DNA of 64,000 bases. Source: Stappiaceae bacterium. Lineage in GTDB: Bacteria > Pseudomonadota > Alphaproteobacteria > Rhizobiales > Stappiaceae. Location of the stretch: NCBI GenBank assembly GCA_965275915.1, contig CBDHYI010000006.1, forward strand, positions 491,176 to 555,175. The letters are read 5' to 3'. Made by a program: the position numbers and the translations under genes. Positions within the stretch are counted from its first letter, which is position 1. Every line of letters starts with the position of its first letter. Positions 41,290 to 49,485 of this stretch are shown here, in pieces. The notes under the pieces are model-generated. The model did no database searches. It saw only the letters and a program-made list of their open reading frames with translations, and was not told the DNA's origin.

Positions 41290-41561
41290 GGCAACAAAAA
41301 CCCCTGACCTTCCGGTCAGGGGTTCTAGGAGGAACCGGAACCAATGGTCGGGGGAGGCCTAGTGGTTCCGGTCTGTTGTGCTTCCGCGGGGGATGGAAGT
41401 CACATCTGAAGGGTCTTTTTGGCTGTGGGGCAAGGAAAGAGGGGATCAGCCATAGTGCCCTTTTACTCAGTCTACTCAGCTCGTGTGTCCGTGAGCCGAT
41501 GACCTGAAGATGGGATCTCCTGAGCTGTTTTCCTAGTTAAAGTTTCGTCATGTTTCCGTGA
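41290..41561 (-). ncRNA. Candidate trans-acting sRNA with multiple C/U-rich (anti-Shine-Dalgarno) loops; 3' end well defined, 5' end uncertain
   Basis: On the minus strand there are four hairpins.
- Hairpin 41421-41451: loop AUCCCCUCUUUCCUUGCCCCA.
- Hairpin 41381-41399: loop AUCCCCCGC.
- Hairpin 41334-41372: 9-bp stem, loop containing CCUCCCCC.
- Terminator hairpin 41301-41322: CCCCUGACC-GGAA-GGUCAGGGG.
A UCCUCCUAG linker precedes the terminator, which is followed by UUUUUGUUG. A TATAAT on the minus strand at 41573-41568 is a possible -10 element. The locus lies between convergent genes. Confidence 0.4.
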
Positions 41562-41629
41562 TGCGGCATTATACGGATGCGCGAACCCGACGGGCGGAAG
41601 CCGTTTTTTTCGAAAACAACATGTTTCAC

Positions 41630-41669
41630 AAAAAAAGCGGTCCGAAAAAAAGTGTCTTTCCCGGACCGC
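41630..41669 (-). terminator. Rho-independent terminator of the 41699-42934 gene
   Basis: GCGGTCCG (41637-41644) pairs with CGGACCGC (41662-41669). On the minus strand the hairpin is followed by a T7 run (plus-strand A7 at 41630-41636). It starts 30 nt after the stop codon. Confidence 0.7.
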
Positions 41670-41698
41670 TTTGAATTCAATAGAGTTTCAGAATCCGG

Positions 41699-42934
41699 TC
41701 AGTTCTCGATAGTGATGGGTTCGGACGCGGCCCTTGCTTCGGTCAGCAGCGCAACAAGTTCCGCATTGACCTCAACGCTGGGCTCAATTTCCCGGTCTTC
41801 CTGGAACCGTTTCAGGCCTGCCCGTGTCTTTGGACCGATTATGCCGTCAACGGGGCCGGCATTGTAACCAAGGTCGTTCAGTATCTGCTGAACTTTCCGA
41901 ATTTCAGCAGCCTCCGCAGACACAACTTTAACCGGTTCTTTTACGTTGCCGAAGAAACAATTGTCTTTTTCCCAGTTTCCGGCGGTGAGTTCCCAGGTCG
42001 TCGCTTTCCACTGTTTGTGACCGGACTGCCGAAGTTCTTCAAGCCTGTTACGGACGGTGTCGCCGATACGGCCCAACTCCTGGCAGCGGCGACGAAAATA
42101 AGGGGACCGCTTATGGCTGAAATCGTAGCTGATCAGCGTGGGAAGAATGGCGACGGTGTCAATCTCGTCAACCAGACCGGGATAGCTGACCGTTAGCGGC
42201 TTATATTCCGATGCAGAATCCGGGAGCTTGATCTCAAGAAGATGGACGTTCTCGGAGCCGACACCGGCCACCTCGCCCTTTTTCAGATCAGCCAGCTTCT
42301 GGATAACCGGCAGCGGAGCATTGCCTACGACAAATGCCGCATCGGCCTGATCCAGCAAGACGGCGGTCACTCCGTCAGCCGGTTTCAACTGAATTTTCTC
42401 CGAGGGTGTTGCATCATGTAACGCCAGAATGTTGTTGGCGACAACCCAGATGGCTGTGTTATCCGGCCCCATGACAACGCGTTTTCCGTCCAGATCCTCG
42501 ATCTTTTCTATGCCATCGCGTGCGACGATGTGAACAACCTTCTCGCCGATTGTCATAATGAAACGCAGACGTTTTTCAGCCTTTCTCAGGGTCGGATCGT
42601 TGGAGCGCCGCGTATATAGCAGCATATCGGAGGGCACCACGCTAAGGGCTGCGTTTTCACGGCTCAACATCCGGGCAACATTTGCGATCGGCCCGGCTGT
42701 CGGCTTCACGAGTGTTCCGGAGTTTTCGTCCGAAACCATGCCGGACATTTCATGACCCATCTGGATCAGGACCGGGTCGCCTGAGTCAATTACCATGCCG
42801 ATGCAGTCATCCGAGGCCGCGCACTTGCTGACCGCCTCATCATTCTTGTTTGTTTCGGCCAAGCTGTTATCGGCGCCAAGCAATAGCAAGACAACTCCAA
42901 ACGTTAGCAGCATTTTATGCCTGCTATGCTTCAT
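41699..42934 (-). CDS. Exported TAXI-like (TRAP solute-receptor fold) protein with a C-terminal peptidoglycan-binding domain (PG_binding_1)
   Basis: It has a signal peptide (MLLTFGVVLLLLGADNSLA). The central region LRFIMTIGEKVVHIVARDGIEKIEDLDGKRVVMGPDNTAIWVVANNIL resembles TAXI/NMT1-like binding proteins. The C-terminal LGYNAGPVDGIIGPKTRAGLKRFQ is the PG_binding_1 signature. Confidence 0.6.
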   Translation of the reverse strand: MKHSRHKMLLTFGVVLLLLGADNSLAETNKNDEAVSKCAASDDCIGMVIDSGDPVLIQMGHEMSGMVSDENSGTLVKPTAGPIANVARMLSRENAALSVVPSDMLLYTRRSNDPTLRKAEKRLRFIMTIGEKVVHIVARDGIEKIEDLDGKRVVMGPDNTAIWVVANNILALHDATPSEKIQLKPADGVTAVLLDQADAAFVVGNAPLPVIQKLADLKKGEVAGVGSENVHLLEIKLPDSASEYKPLTVSYPGLVDEIDTVAILPTLISYDFSHKRSPYFRRRCQELGRIGDTVRNRLEELRQSGHKQWKATTWELTAGNWEKDNCFFGNVKEPVKVVSAEAAEIRKVQQILNDLGYNAGPVDGIIGPKTRAGLKRFQEDREIEPSVEVNAELVALLTEARAASEPITIEN

Positions 42935-43011
42935 CGTTTAAACTCCATGTACCTGTTATCGATGAACCGTTCTGACCCGATACCGTGCCGGTCAAATCGC
43001 TTCATCTGCTT

Positions 43012-44796
43012 CTATTTTTCGGCGTCAATCCGCGTATTGATTGATGCCGAACTGCTGTTTTTCAGCTCATCCAGTCCAATCTTGCCGCTCATGAACAGTC
43101 TGAGCTTTTCCCGTTTAAGTGCGACGGCCTCTGTTTCATGCGCGACAACCTTTATGGTCTCGTCCGCGCCGGGTTCCTCCGATGCAGCAGCCTTAGCGGT
43201 TTCCTCGGGTTTGATTTCGACAACCTGAACCGGTGCTTCTTCCGCATCCGCCCTCGCCGTAAGAGGTTCTTCGGTTTCGTTTGCAACGGCGACGTCTTCT
43301 TCGTCGACCTCTGCGTCATTCTCCTGGGCGCGTTTCATAAGCGGTTCAGTCTTGTCTGTGTCTTCCCTTTCTCCGGTAACCTCTACAATCGTTGCCGTAA
43401 TCGATTCTGTGGCCGCCTCAATGGGATCGCTGTCGTCGAGCGCAGCATTCACAACCCGTGTGGTCCCGCTTGTGGAGATATCGGTGTCGCCGGTCAGGAA
43501 CTCGTTCAGCGCCTTGCGCTTGCTCTCGTTCGACTCTCCGTCGGCCTGTTTGCCCTCAAAGGCAACAATCGTCGCGTTAAGTGCGACAACTTCCGATCCG
43601 GCCTGCCCGGCGACGATCTCAATATCCCGCGTAACGCTGTCATAGTCGCGCCGGTCAAATGACAAAGTCCATTTGCCGGGCGTCAGGCCATAAAGGGACG
43701 CGATTCCGTCGTGATCGGTCACGAAAGACGTCGTTTCACTGTCGTTGCCATTGTTCGCCGTAATGGTCACCTCGGTGAGGACCAGAGTTCCTTCGCCATC
43801 CGTTACGGTGACCGTGAAGGACGGGCCGTGATCTTCCTCGTCCTCAAGAATATCGAAATATCTTGGAACAGTGTTTTCGTTGGGCCGGAACACCACCAGA
43901 TTGACGCTCTGATTGAGTGGTTTCTGACCCAAGTCACTGAACGTCTCGCCAAGCCCGTATTCGACCGCCAGCTGAAGGTCGATGTGGGGTTCGTCTTCGC
44001 CAATCGGGATGGCCACGATCTTTTCAGCCGGAACCCCGGCTTCTGTGAGACCGTACCAGACCGCGGAAATACGGTCCGCCGACAGTTTGAAATTCGGAAC
44101 CGGACCGCCCGGCAGGCTGGCGCGCCCGACGAGTGCAACCTTCAGTTCGGGTGCTTCCGCAAGGATAGCGGCCACGTGTTCAAGCATTGGCGTGTATTGT
44201 TCGCGCAACGCATCACTTGCATAGCCGAACATAATCAGTTCACGCACGGGAGACTCCTTGACCGCCTCCTTGTGGCACGCAATCTCAGCTGCGTTGATCG
44301 GCCCGCAAACCGGGCAGTCCGCCTCATGAATGGCAACGTCGGAGCGTTTCAGCCCTGTCGTTCCGGCAATCTTTTCGTATTGTTTGCGATGGCTGGCCAA
44401 ATGCTGGGTTACGTGCTCAAGTGCCGCTTCCGGAGAAAGCCCCGGATTCGCATCCATAATCCGTTTCGCCACAAATCCCCTGGCAAAATGCTTGCATTCG
44501 GCTGAAACCAGCCCGCCGGGAACGGATACGGCCCGGCTCGTCGGGTTTTCGGAATAGGGGTTGGGGATTTGAACCTGTCCCGGTATTCGCTTGGAGACCT
44601 CGGAAATTTCCTCATAGGTCAATCCCGGGACACGATCGATCTCTTCTCTGAGCTTTTCATTGCCCCGTTCGACGGCCTGTTGGACAATCGATTTGGTATC
44701 GATCTTTTCGGCTGGTTCCTCTGCAGATGCAGATGTGCTGAACGCGCAGGTCAAAAACACGGACAATGCGAGCTTTTTGTGATCGAATATTTTCAT
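43012..44796 (-). CDS. Exported multidomain protein: Cys-containing N-terminal region (CPVC), OmpA-C-like module, CarboxypepD_reg-like beta-sandwich, acidic C-terminal tail
   Basis: It has a signal peptide (LSVFLTCAFSTSASA) and a HEADCPVCGPINAAEIACH segment. The OmpA-like block is FGYASDALREQYTPMLEHVAAILAEAPELKVALVGRAS...NFKLSADRISAV. The beta-sandwich block is TVTVTDGEGTLVLTEVTI...DHDGIASLYGLTPGKWTLSF. The last 150 aa or so are rich in Glu, Asp, Thr and Ala. Confidence 0.55.
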   Translation of the reverse strand: MKIFDHKKLALSVFLTCAFSTSASAEEPAEKIDTKSIVQQAVERGNEKLREEIDRVPGLTYEEISEVSKRIPGQVQIPNPYSENPTSRAVSVPGGLVSAECKHFARGFVAKRIMDANPGLSPEAALEHVTQHLASHRKQYEKIAGTTGLKRSDVAIHEADCPVCGPINAAEIACHKEAVKESPVRELIMFGYASDALREQYTPMLEHVAAILAEAPELKVALVGRASLPGGPVPNFKLSADRISAVWYGLTEAGVPAEKIVAIPIGEDEPHIDLQLAVEYGLGETFSDLGQKPLNQSVNLVVFRPNENTVPRYFDILEDEEDHGPSFTVTVTDGEGTLVLTEVTITANNGNDSETTSFVTDHDGIASLYGLTPGKWTLSFDRRDYDSVTRDIEIVAGQAGSEVVALNATIVAFEGKQADGESNESKRKALNEFLTGDTDISTSGTTRVVNAALDDSDPIEAATESITATIVEVTGEREDTDKTEPLMKRAQENDAEVDEEDVAVANETEEPLTARADAEEAPVQVVEIKPEETAKAAASEEPGADETIKVVAHETEAVALKREKLRLFMSGKIGLDELKNSSSASINTRIDAEK

Positions 44797-44808
44797 TGTT
44801 GGTGAGCC

Positions 44809-45690
44809 TCATTCCTGGTTATTGCCGGCGTTTTTGCGATCCGCGGCGCGCTTTCCCGCAACCGACGCAAGCACCTCAGGCAGCTTTGGATAGCTCCATT
44901 CAAGTTTGCCCAGCGCAAGACGGTGGAACCGGCCGTCGGCATCGACGATGACGGTTGATGGCAACTCCCGACGACCGAGGATGGAAAGATTTGTCCGCTG
45001 TTCGGGGTCCAGATAGACGGGAAATGTTGTCTTGTGTTTTTCGATGAACCGCTTCGCAGGAGGCTGACCGCTGTCGTTCGTGATGGTGACCAGGTTAAGC
45101 GAGTCGCTTCCCTCGATATGTTCGTCGTAGAACGACTGGAGATCGGGAAACTCCTCTTCACAAGGCCCGCACCAGGATGCCCAGAAATGTATGATCGTTC
45201 CTGCGGGCAGGATCCCCTTAATTGACCCTGAAGGCGCATTGACGCCCTCAACGGTCCAGTCTTCAAGTTCCGAGACGCGTTCCACCCAGTCGATGTCGAT
45301 CGCACTGCCATGTGCGTGATCATGGTGATGATGATCGCCGTCATGATGGTGACCGCCGTCGTGATGGTGGTGGTGAGGCTCTGCATGTCCGTGGTGATGG
45401 TCTTTGTGTCCAGCCACGTGATCCGATGCTGCGGAGGTTGCGATGTGATGCTCACCGGAGGCGTCCGCGATCTGAAATTCACGACGGGTTTTTCCTGCCC
45501 CGGATAATAAAGACGAAAACTTACTCTGCGTCATATTTTTCCGGACAGGTTCAGATAAAGCGCTACCGGAAGATGACAAAGATGCGCCAATAAAGACCGC
45601 GGCCGTCAAAACGACCGCGGCAACCTCCCTCCAAGACTTTGTTCTCGCTGCTACAATTCCCATTACGGGACCTACCCCACAAAACAGCAC
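44809..45690 (-). CDS. TlpA/ResA-type periplasmic thiol:disulfide oxidoreductase with a His-rich N-terminal linker
   Basis: It has a hydrophobic N-terminal anchor. The His-rich stretch has 22 His in 47 residues (aa 81-127). The thioredoxin fold carries FWASWCGPCEEEFP. The overlapping ORF 44793-45482 in another frame has no motifs. Confidence 0.8.
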   Translation of the reverse strand: MLFCGVGPVMGIVAARTKSWREVAAVVLTAAVFIGASLSSSGSALSEPVRKNMTQSKFSSLLSGAGKTRREFQIADASGEHHIATSAASDHVAGHKDHHHGHAEPHHHHHDGGHHHDGDHHHHDHAHGSAIDIDWVERVSELEDWTVEGVNAPSGSIKGILPAGTIIHFWASWCGPCEEEFPDLQSFYDEHIEGSDSLNLVTITNDSGQPPAKRFIEKHKTTFPVYLDPEQRTNLSILGRRELPSTVIVDADGRFHRLALGKLEWSYPKLPEVLASVAGKRAADRKNAGNNQE

Positions 45691-45796
45691 AAAATACAGT
45701 CGAAAAAAATCTGCGACGACGCCTGTTTACAACCCCTGCTTCCAACTCAAAGTCGTCGTGAATTTTCTCGGCTCAGATTATGGTTATTTTGAGACA

Positions 45797-46066
45797 TTAT
45801 TGTGATAACAACTGTGTGAAGCCGTCAATTATTTTGTCTATCGCAGAGTCATTAATGATTAATTTGGATATCTTGCGCTTGATGCGATAGCAAATGAACC
45901 TTGTTGCCTGTTTAGTACTTAAGGACAATAGAACCGGAACTGAGTTTTTACACGATCTGAAATTCACGTAGCCGGCTATTTTTCCTAGCCTCATCATTTG
46001 GCGAAACTTGGTAAAACCAGACGGGCAGTATTTGAGGACGCAATCAGTATCAGACGCGACGAACAA
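45797..46066 (-). CDS. Orphan 89-aa basic ORF in a low-GC patch (hypothetical; may not be expressed)
   Basis: This is the only ORF of at least 60 aa in the AT-rich segment. I recognise no motif and see no clear RBS. Confidence 0.2.
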   Translation of the reverse strand: MFVASDTDCVLKYCPSGFTKFRQMMRLGKIAGYVNFRSCKNSVPVLLSLSTKQATRFICYRIKRKISKLIINDSAIDKIIDGFTQLLSQ

Positions 46067-46154
46067 ACTCTCATGTCATCGTTCCGTTGTTGAAATATTC
46101 ATCGCAAGGTTTATTCTGACTGAGGGTGTTTTCGACCACAAGGGAGGCCTTTTT

Positions 46155-46355
46155 ATGAAATTTACGTTGCCGTTTTGGCAGAGGCTTCTGATAACACTTG
46201 CGGTTATGATCGTCGCCAGTCTGATTGTCGGCTATCTCTGGGAAGCCGTCCTGGGATTTGCGTTGCCAAGTTATGTCGGCGGGATGATCGGGGGGCTCTC
46301 CGCCCTGCCCGTCTGGGATTTTCTGAAAAGAATACGTCCCTCGCAAAAGACTTAG
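46155..46355 (+). CDS. Small (66 aa) two-helix membrane protein, hypothetical
   Basis: ATG 46155 lies 7 nt after AGGGAGG (46141-46147). The sequence MKFTLPFWQRLLITLAVMIVASLIVGYLW...GGMIGGLSALPVW has two hydrophobic helices. Confidence 0.5.
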   Translation: MKFTLPFWQRLLITLAVMIVASLIVGYLWEAVLGFALPSYVGGMIGGLSALPVWDFLKRIRPSQKT

Positions 46356-46387
46356 GCTGTGGTCACAATTTAACCTTTGTGCCGGTG

Positions 46388-49375
46388 TCAGGGGGTGGGA
46401 CCGTCCCCATTTTCTGTTAACGGCCCGATCAGCCTTTCAAAACAGGTTCTGACTGCCTGCTGCGTTTCGATCAGACTGAGTTCCAGCCTCTGAAAGTCCG
46501 GCTGTCCTCCGGTTCGTGCCAAAAGCACCAGGACACCTTCGGGCACTTTCTGTTTGTCGAATTGATCGTTCAGTGCGAGTTTCAATACCTGTATGAGTTG
46601 CTGATAAAGCACGATCGCCGGCCGCAGGATGTCGGCATCCGCTTCTGACAACATACCTTGTTTTGCGGCTCTATCGAAAAATTCTTGCGTATTGGTCGAT
46701 CGGATACCGGGACGATCGCAGCAATGGCGGAGCTGCAGATATTGAGCGATGAATTCCAGGTCTATGAGACCGCCGGCAACGTGCTTGATGTTCCACAGAT
46801 CCTTCGTTCCCTTTTCCTTTTCCAACCGGATCCGCATATTGATGACTTCTCCCCGCAGCCGGTCCGGATCGATCGGCTGCGACAGTGCAGTGTCAACGGC
46901 AGCATTGACTTTGTCTTTGAAATCGCCGTCGGTTGCGGCGATGACACGGCTGCGGGTCAAAGCCATTTTTTCCCATACCCAGGCGTTCTCAGCCTGATAG
47001 CTGATGAAAGCCGATAATCTGGTTGCCAGCGGACCGGCATTGCCCGATGGACGAAGCCGGAAATCGACTTCGTAAAGAGTTCCTTCCGATGTGGGGGCTG
47101 ACAAGGCTGCCACCAGACGCTGGGTGAGCCGAATGAAATACTGGCTCGGGGACAGCGGCTTGGCGCCATTGGACTGTTTGACGTCCTCAGGGCAGTCATA
47201 AAGCAGAATAAGATCAAGGTCGGAACTGGCACTCATTTCTGAGCCGCCGAGCTTTCCCATCGCCAGTAAGGCTACCTCGGCACCTTCAACGATGCCGTGC
47301 GTGAGAGCCATCTCGGATCTTGCGGCCTCGAAGAGCCTTGACACCATCACCTCCGCAAGCCGGGCATAGGCTTTGCCGACCTGGGTCGCCGAAAGCGTGT
47401 CGGACAGAACACGCACGCCGATCAGAAACATCTGTTCCTGGCCGAATATCCGCGCTCTGTCCAGAACGTCCTCATAACTGCGGGCATCGCCAAGAGACCG
47501 TTCCAGTCGCCTGACAAAAGCCTCCCTGTCGGGCATTGCGCCGAAGAATGCCGGATCCAGAACCGCATCCAGAATATGCGCCCGTCTCGAGACAATCTGC
47601 GCCATGCGCGGCGCATCGCCCATAATCGTTGCCAACAGCCGCAACAGGCCCGGATTGGATCTGAGCAATGAAAAAAGCTGAACGCCCACCGGCAGTCTTG
47701 AGAGGAAACGGTCGAAAGCAAGCAGCGCGGCGTCGGGATTGTCTGTCGCCGCAAAGGCTTCAATCAGAACAGGATGCAATTCGGTCAGCCGCTCCCTCGC
47801 CTTTGTCGACCGCATCGCCGGATAGCGTCCGAAATGCCAGGCACGAATGGTTCGGGTAACTGTCTGGGGGTCGCGATATCCCAACTGGGACAATGTTTCC
47901 AATGTGCCCGGGTCGTCATCATCGCCTGTGAAAACAAGGTTGCCCACGTCAACCGAGAGCGACGGTTCATCCTCGAACAGGTCCGCATAGTGCCGCTGAA
48001 CGGTTTCAAGCCGCTGCCGCAACGCGGCTTTGAACACATCCAGGCTTTCAGAGCCCATGAGGTTCGCGATCCGCGTCAATCCCTCATTATCTTCCGGGAG
48101 GGTATGGGTCTGTTCGTCATGGAGCATCTGTATGCGGTGCTCCACATCGCGCAGGAAGCAATAAGCCTCCTGCATCTCCTCTGCCGTCGCATCTTCAATC
48201 CACTGATTTTTCGCAAGGCATACCAGCATATCCAGCGTTTGTCGTCCTCTGAGGTCCGGATTGCGACCACCGGCAATAAGCTGTTGTGTCTGAACGAAGA
48301 ATTCGACCTCTCGGACGCCACCCCGACCAAGTTTGACATTGTGTCCGGCAATGGCAATTCGCCCATGCCCCTTGTGGGCGTGAATTTGCCGTTTCATCGA
48401 GTGGACATCGGCGATTGCCGCATAATCAAGATATTTGCGCCAGATAAACGGAGAAATCTCATCCAGAAACAGTCTTCCTGAAACCGTATCTCCCACCGGC
48501 CGTGCTTTGATGAGTGCCGCCCGCTCCCAGTTCTGGCCCAGGCTCTCATAGTAGATCAGCGCAGCGGGCAACGAGATCGCGGCCGGTGTGGCGCCCGGGT
48601 CCGGTCGCAATCTGAGATCCGTCCGAAAGACATAGCCGTCGGCTGTTCTCTCCTGAAGAATTTTGACCACGCGTTTCGTCTGCCGCACGAACTCGACCGG
48701 AACTTCAACCGCCTCGTCCATCGGCGCCTTGTCCGGATCGTAAAGAACGATCAGGTCGATATCGCTTGAATAGTTGAGTTCCCCTGCCCCGTGTTTGCCC
48801 ATGGCAAGAATGAACCAGCCGCAATCCACCAGCGGATCCGTCTCGAACACCGGGTGAAAACGTCCGCGTTTGGCAAGGTCGCACAAACAAAAGCGCATCG
48901 CGGCCCGCAACGCCGCATCGGCAAAATCACTCAGGGCACGGGTCACGTCCATCGTTGGCCATGCGCCGGAAATATCCGCAAGCGCGATGGTGAGCGCGGC
49001 GTCCTGTTTTAACCGCCTTAACATGCGCATCAGATCGGCTTCATTGTCCGGGCTGTCGTCTTCCGCTTCAGATATGAGTGCTTTGATCCTGTTTGCGGGA
49101 TTGCTGTTCAAAACAGCCAACAGGCGTGCGGCATCGTGTTGAGCAAGATCGCGAAGATACGGCGCGTTTGAAAAAGTTCCAGTCAGAAACTCCCGCACAT
49201 GCGGGCGCTTTTCCAGAAATTCAACGAGGGCTTCCGCCTCCGCAGACGTTGCTGCCGCTTTCTCCAAATCGGCCAGAAAGTCTGAATTTCCAGCAGCGCA
49301 GATGCCCGGAATCGTCGTGATGGATTGGTGAAGCGGAAGGTCAGTCCGCCGGGTTGCTGCGTCAGAATCTGTCAT
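46388..49375 (-). CDS. glnE: Bifunctional glutamine synthetase adenylyltransferase / adenylyl-removing enzyme
   Basis: 995 aa with duplicated nucleotidyltransferase motifs GKHGAGELNYSSDIDLIVLYD and GKLGGSEMSASSDLDLILLYD. Confidence 0.95.
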   Translation of the reverse strand: MTDSDAATRRTDLPLHQSITTIPGICAAGNSDFLADLEKAAATSAEAEALVEFLEKRPHVREFLTGTFSNAPYLRDLAQHDAARLLAVLNSNPANRIKALISEAEDDSPDNEADLMRMLRRLKQDAALTIALADISGAWPTMDVTRALSDFADAALRAAMRFCLCDLAKRGRFHPVFETDPLVDCGWFILAMGKHGAGELNYSSDIDLIVLYDPDKAPMDEAVEVPVEFVRQTKRVVKILQERTADGYVFRTDLRLRPDPGATPAAISLPAALIYYESLGQNWERAALIKARPVGDTVSGRLFLDEISPFIWRKYLDYAAIADVHSMKRQIHAHKGHGRIAIAGHNVKLGRGGVREVEFFVQTQQLIAGGRNPDLRGRQTLDMLVCLAKNQWIEDATAEEMQEAYCFLRDVEHRIQMLHDEQTHTLPEDNEGLTRIANLMGSESLDVFKAALRQRLETVQRHYADLFEDEPSLSVDVGNLVFTGDDDDPGTLETLSQLGYRDPQTVTRTIRAWHFGRYPAMRSTKARERLTELHPVLIEAFAATDNPDAALLAFDRFLSRLPVGVQLFSLLRSNPGLLRLLATIMGDAPRMAQIVSRRAHILDAVLDPAFFGAMPDREAFVRRLERSLGDARSYEDVLDRARIFGQEQMFLIGVRVLSDTLSATQVGKAYARLAEVMVSRLFEAARSEMALTHGIVEGAEVALLAMGKLGGSEMSASSDLDLILLYDCPEDVKQSNGAKPLSPSQYFIRLTQRLVAALSAPTSEGTLYEVDFRLRPSGNAGPLATRLSAFISYQAENAWVWEKMALTRSRVIAATDGDFKDKVNAAVDTALSQPIDPDRLRGEVINMRIRLEKEKGTKDLWNIKHVAGGLIDLEFIAQYLQLRHCCDRPGIRSTNTQEFFDRAAKQGMLSEADADILRPAIVLYQQLIQVLKLALNDQFDKQKVPEGVLVLLARTGGQPDFQRLELSLIETQQAVRTCFERLIGPLTENGDGPTP

Positions 49376-49485
49376 GGATTGATCCGTATCGACAAGGTCC
49401 TGCGACCGATTAAAGCAGATTCAGAAACACACCGGCAAAAATTTATCGGAGGCGACGAGTGCAGCGCGGGGTCGCGGTATGGGCT

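Noticed and set aside
41133-41507. 124-aa plus-strand ORF and 144-aa minus-strand ORF (40910-41344) in or near the pleC-like 3' end
   Set aside because: Both overlap the kinase coding end or the structured intergenic region. They have no RBS and odd composition, so the region is treated as non-coding or sRNA.
41590-41608. Small hairpin CGGC-GGAA-GCCG followed by T7 on the plus strand, as a terminator for a plus-strand RNA
   Set aside because: The stem is only 4 bp. The minus-strand reading of the region (strong terminator at 41301-41322, C/U-rich loops) is more coherent. It may be a minor bidirectional signal together with the 41637-41669 hairpin.
44793-45482. 229-aa alternative-frame ORF on the same strand inside the TlpA-like gene
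   Set aside because: The 44809-45690 frame contains the WCGPC thioredoxin motif and a membrane anchor. The alternative frame gives a Thr/Ile/Ser-rich sequence that is a by-product of the His-codon repeats.
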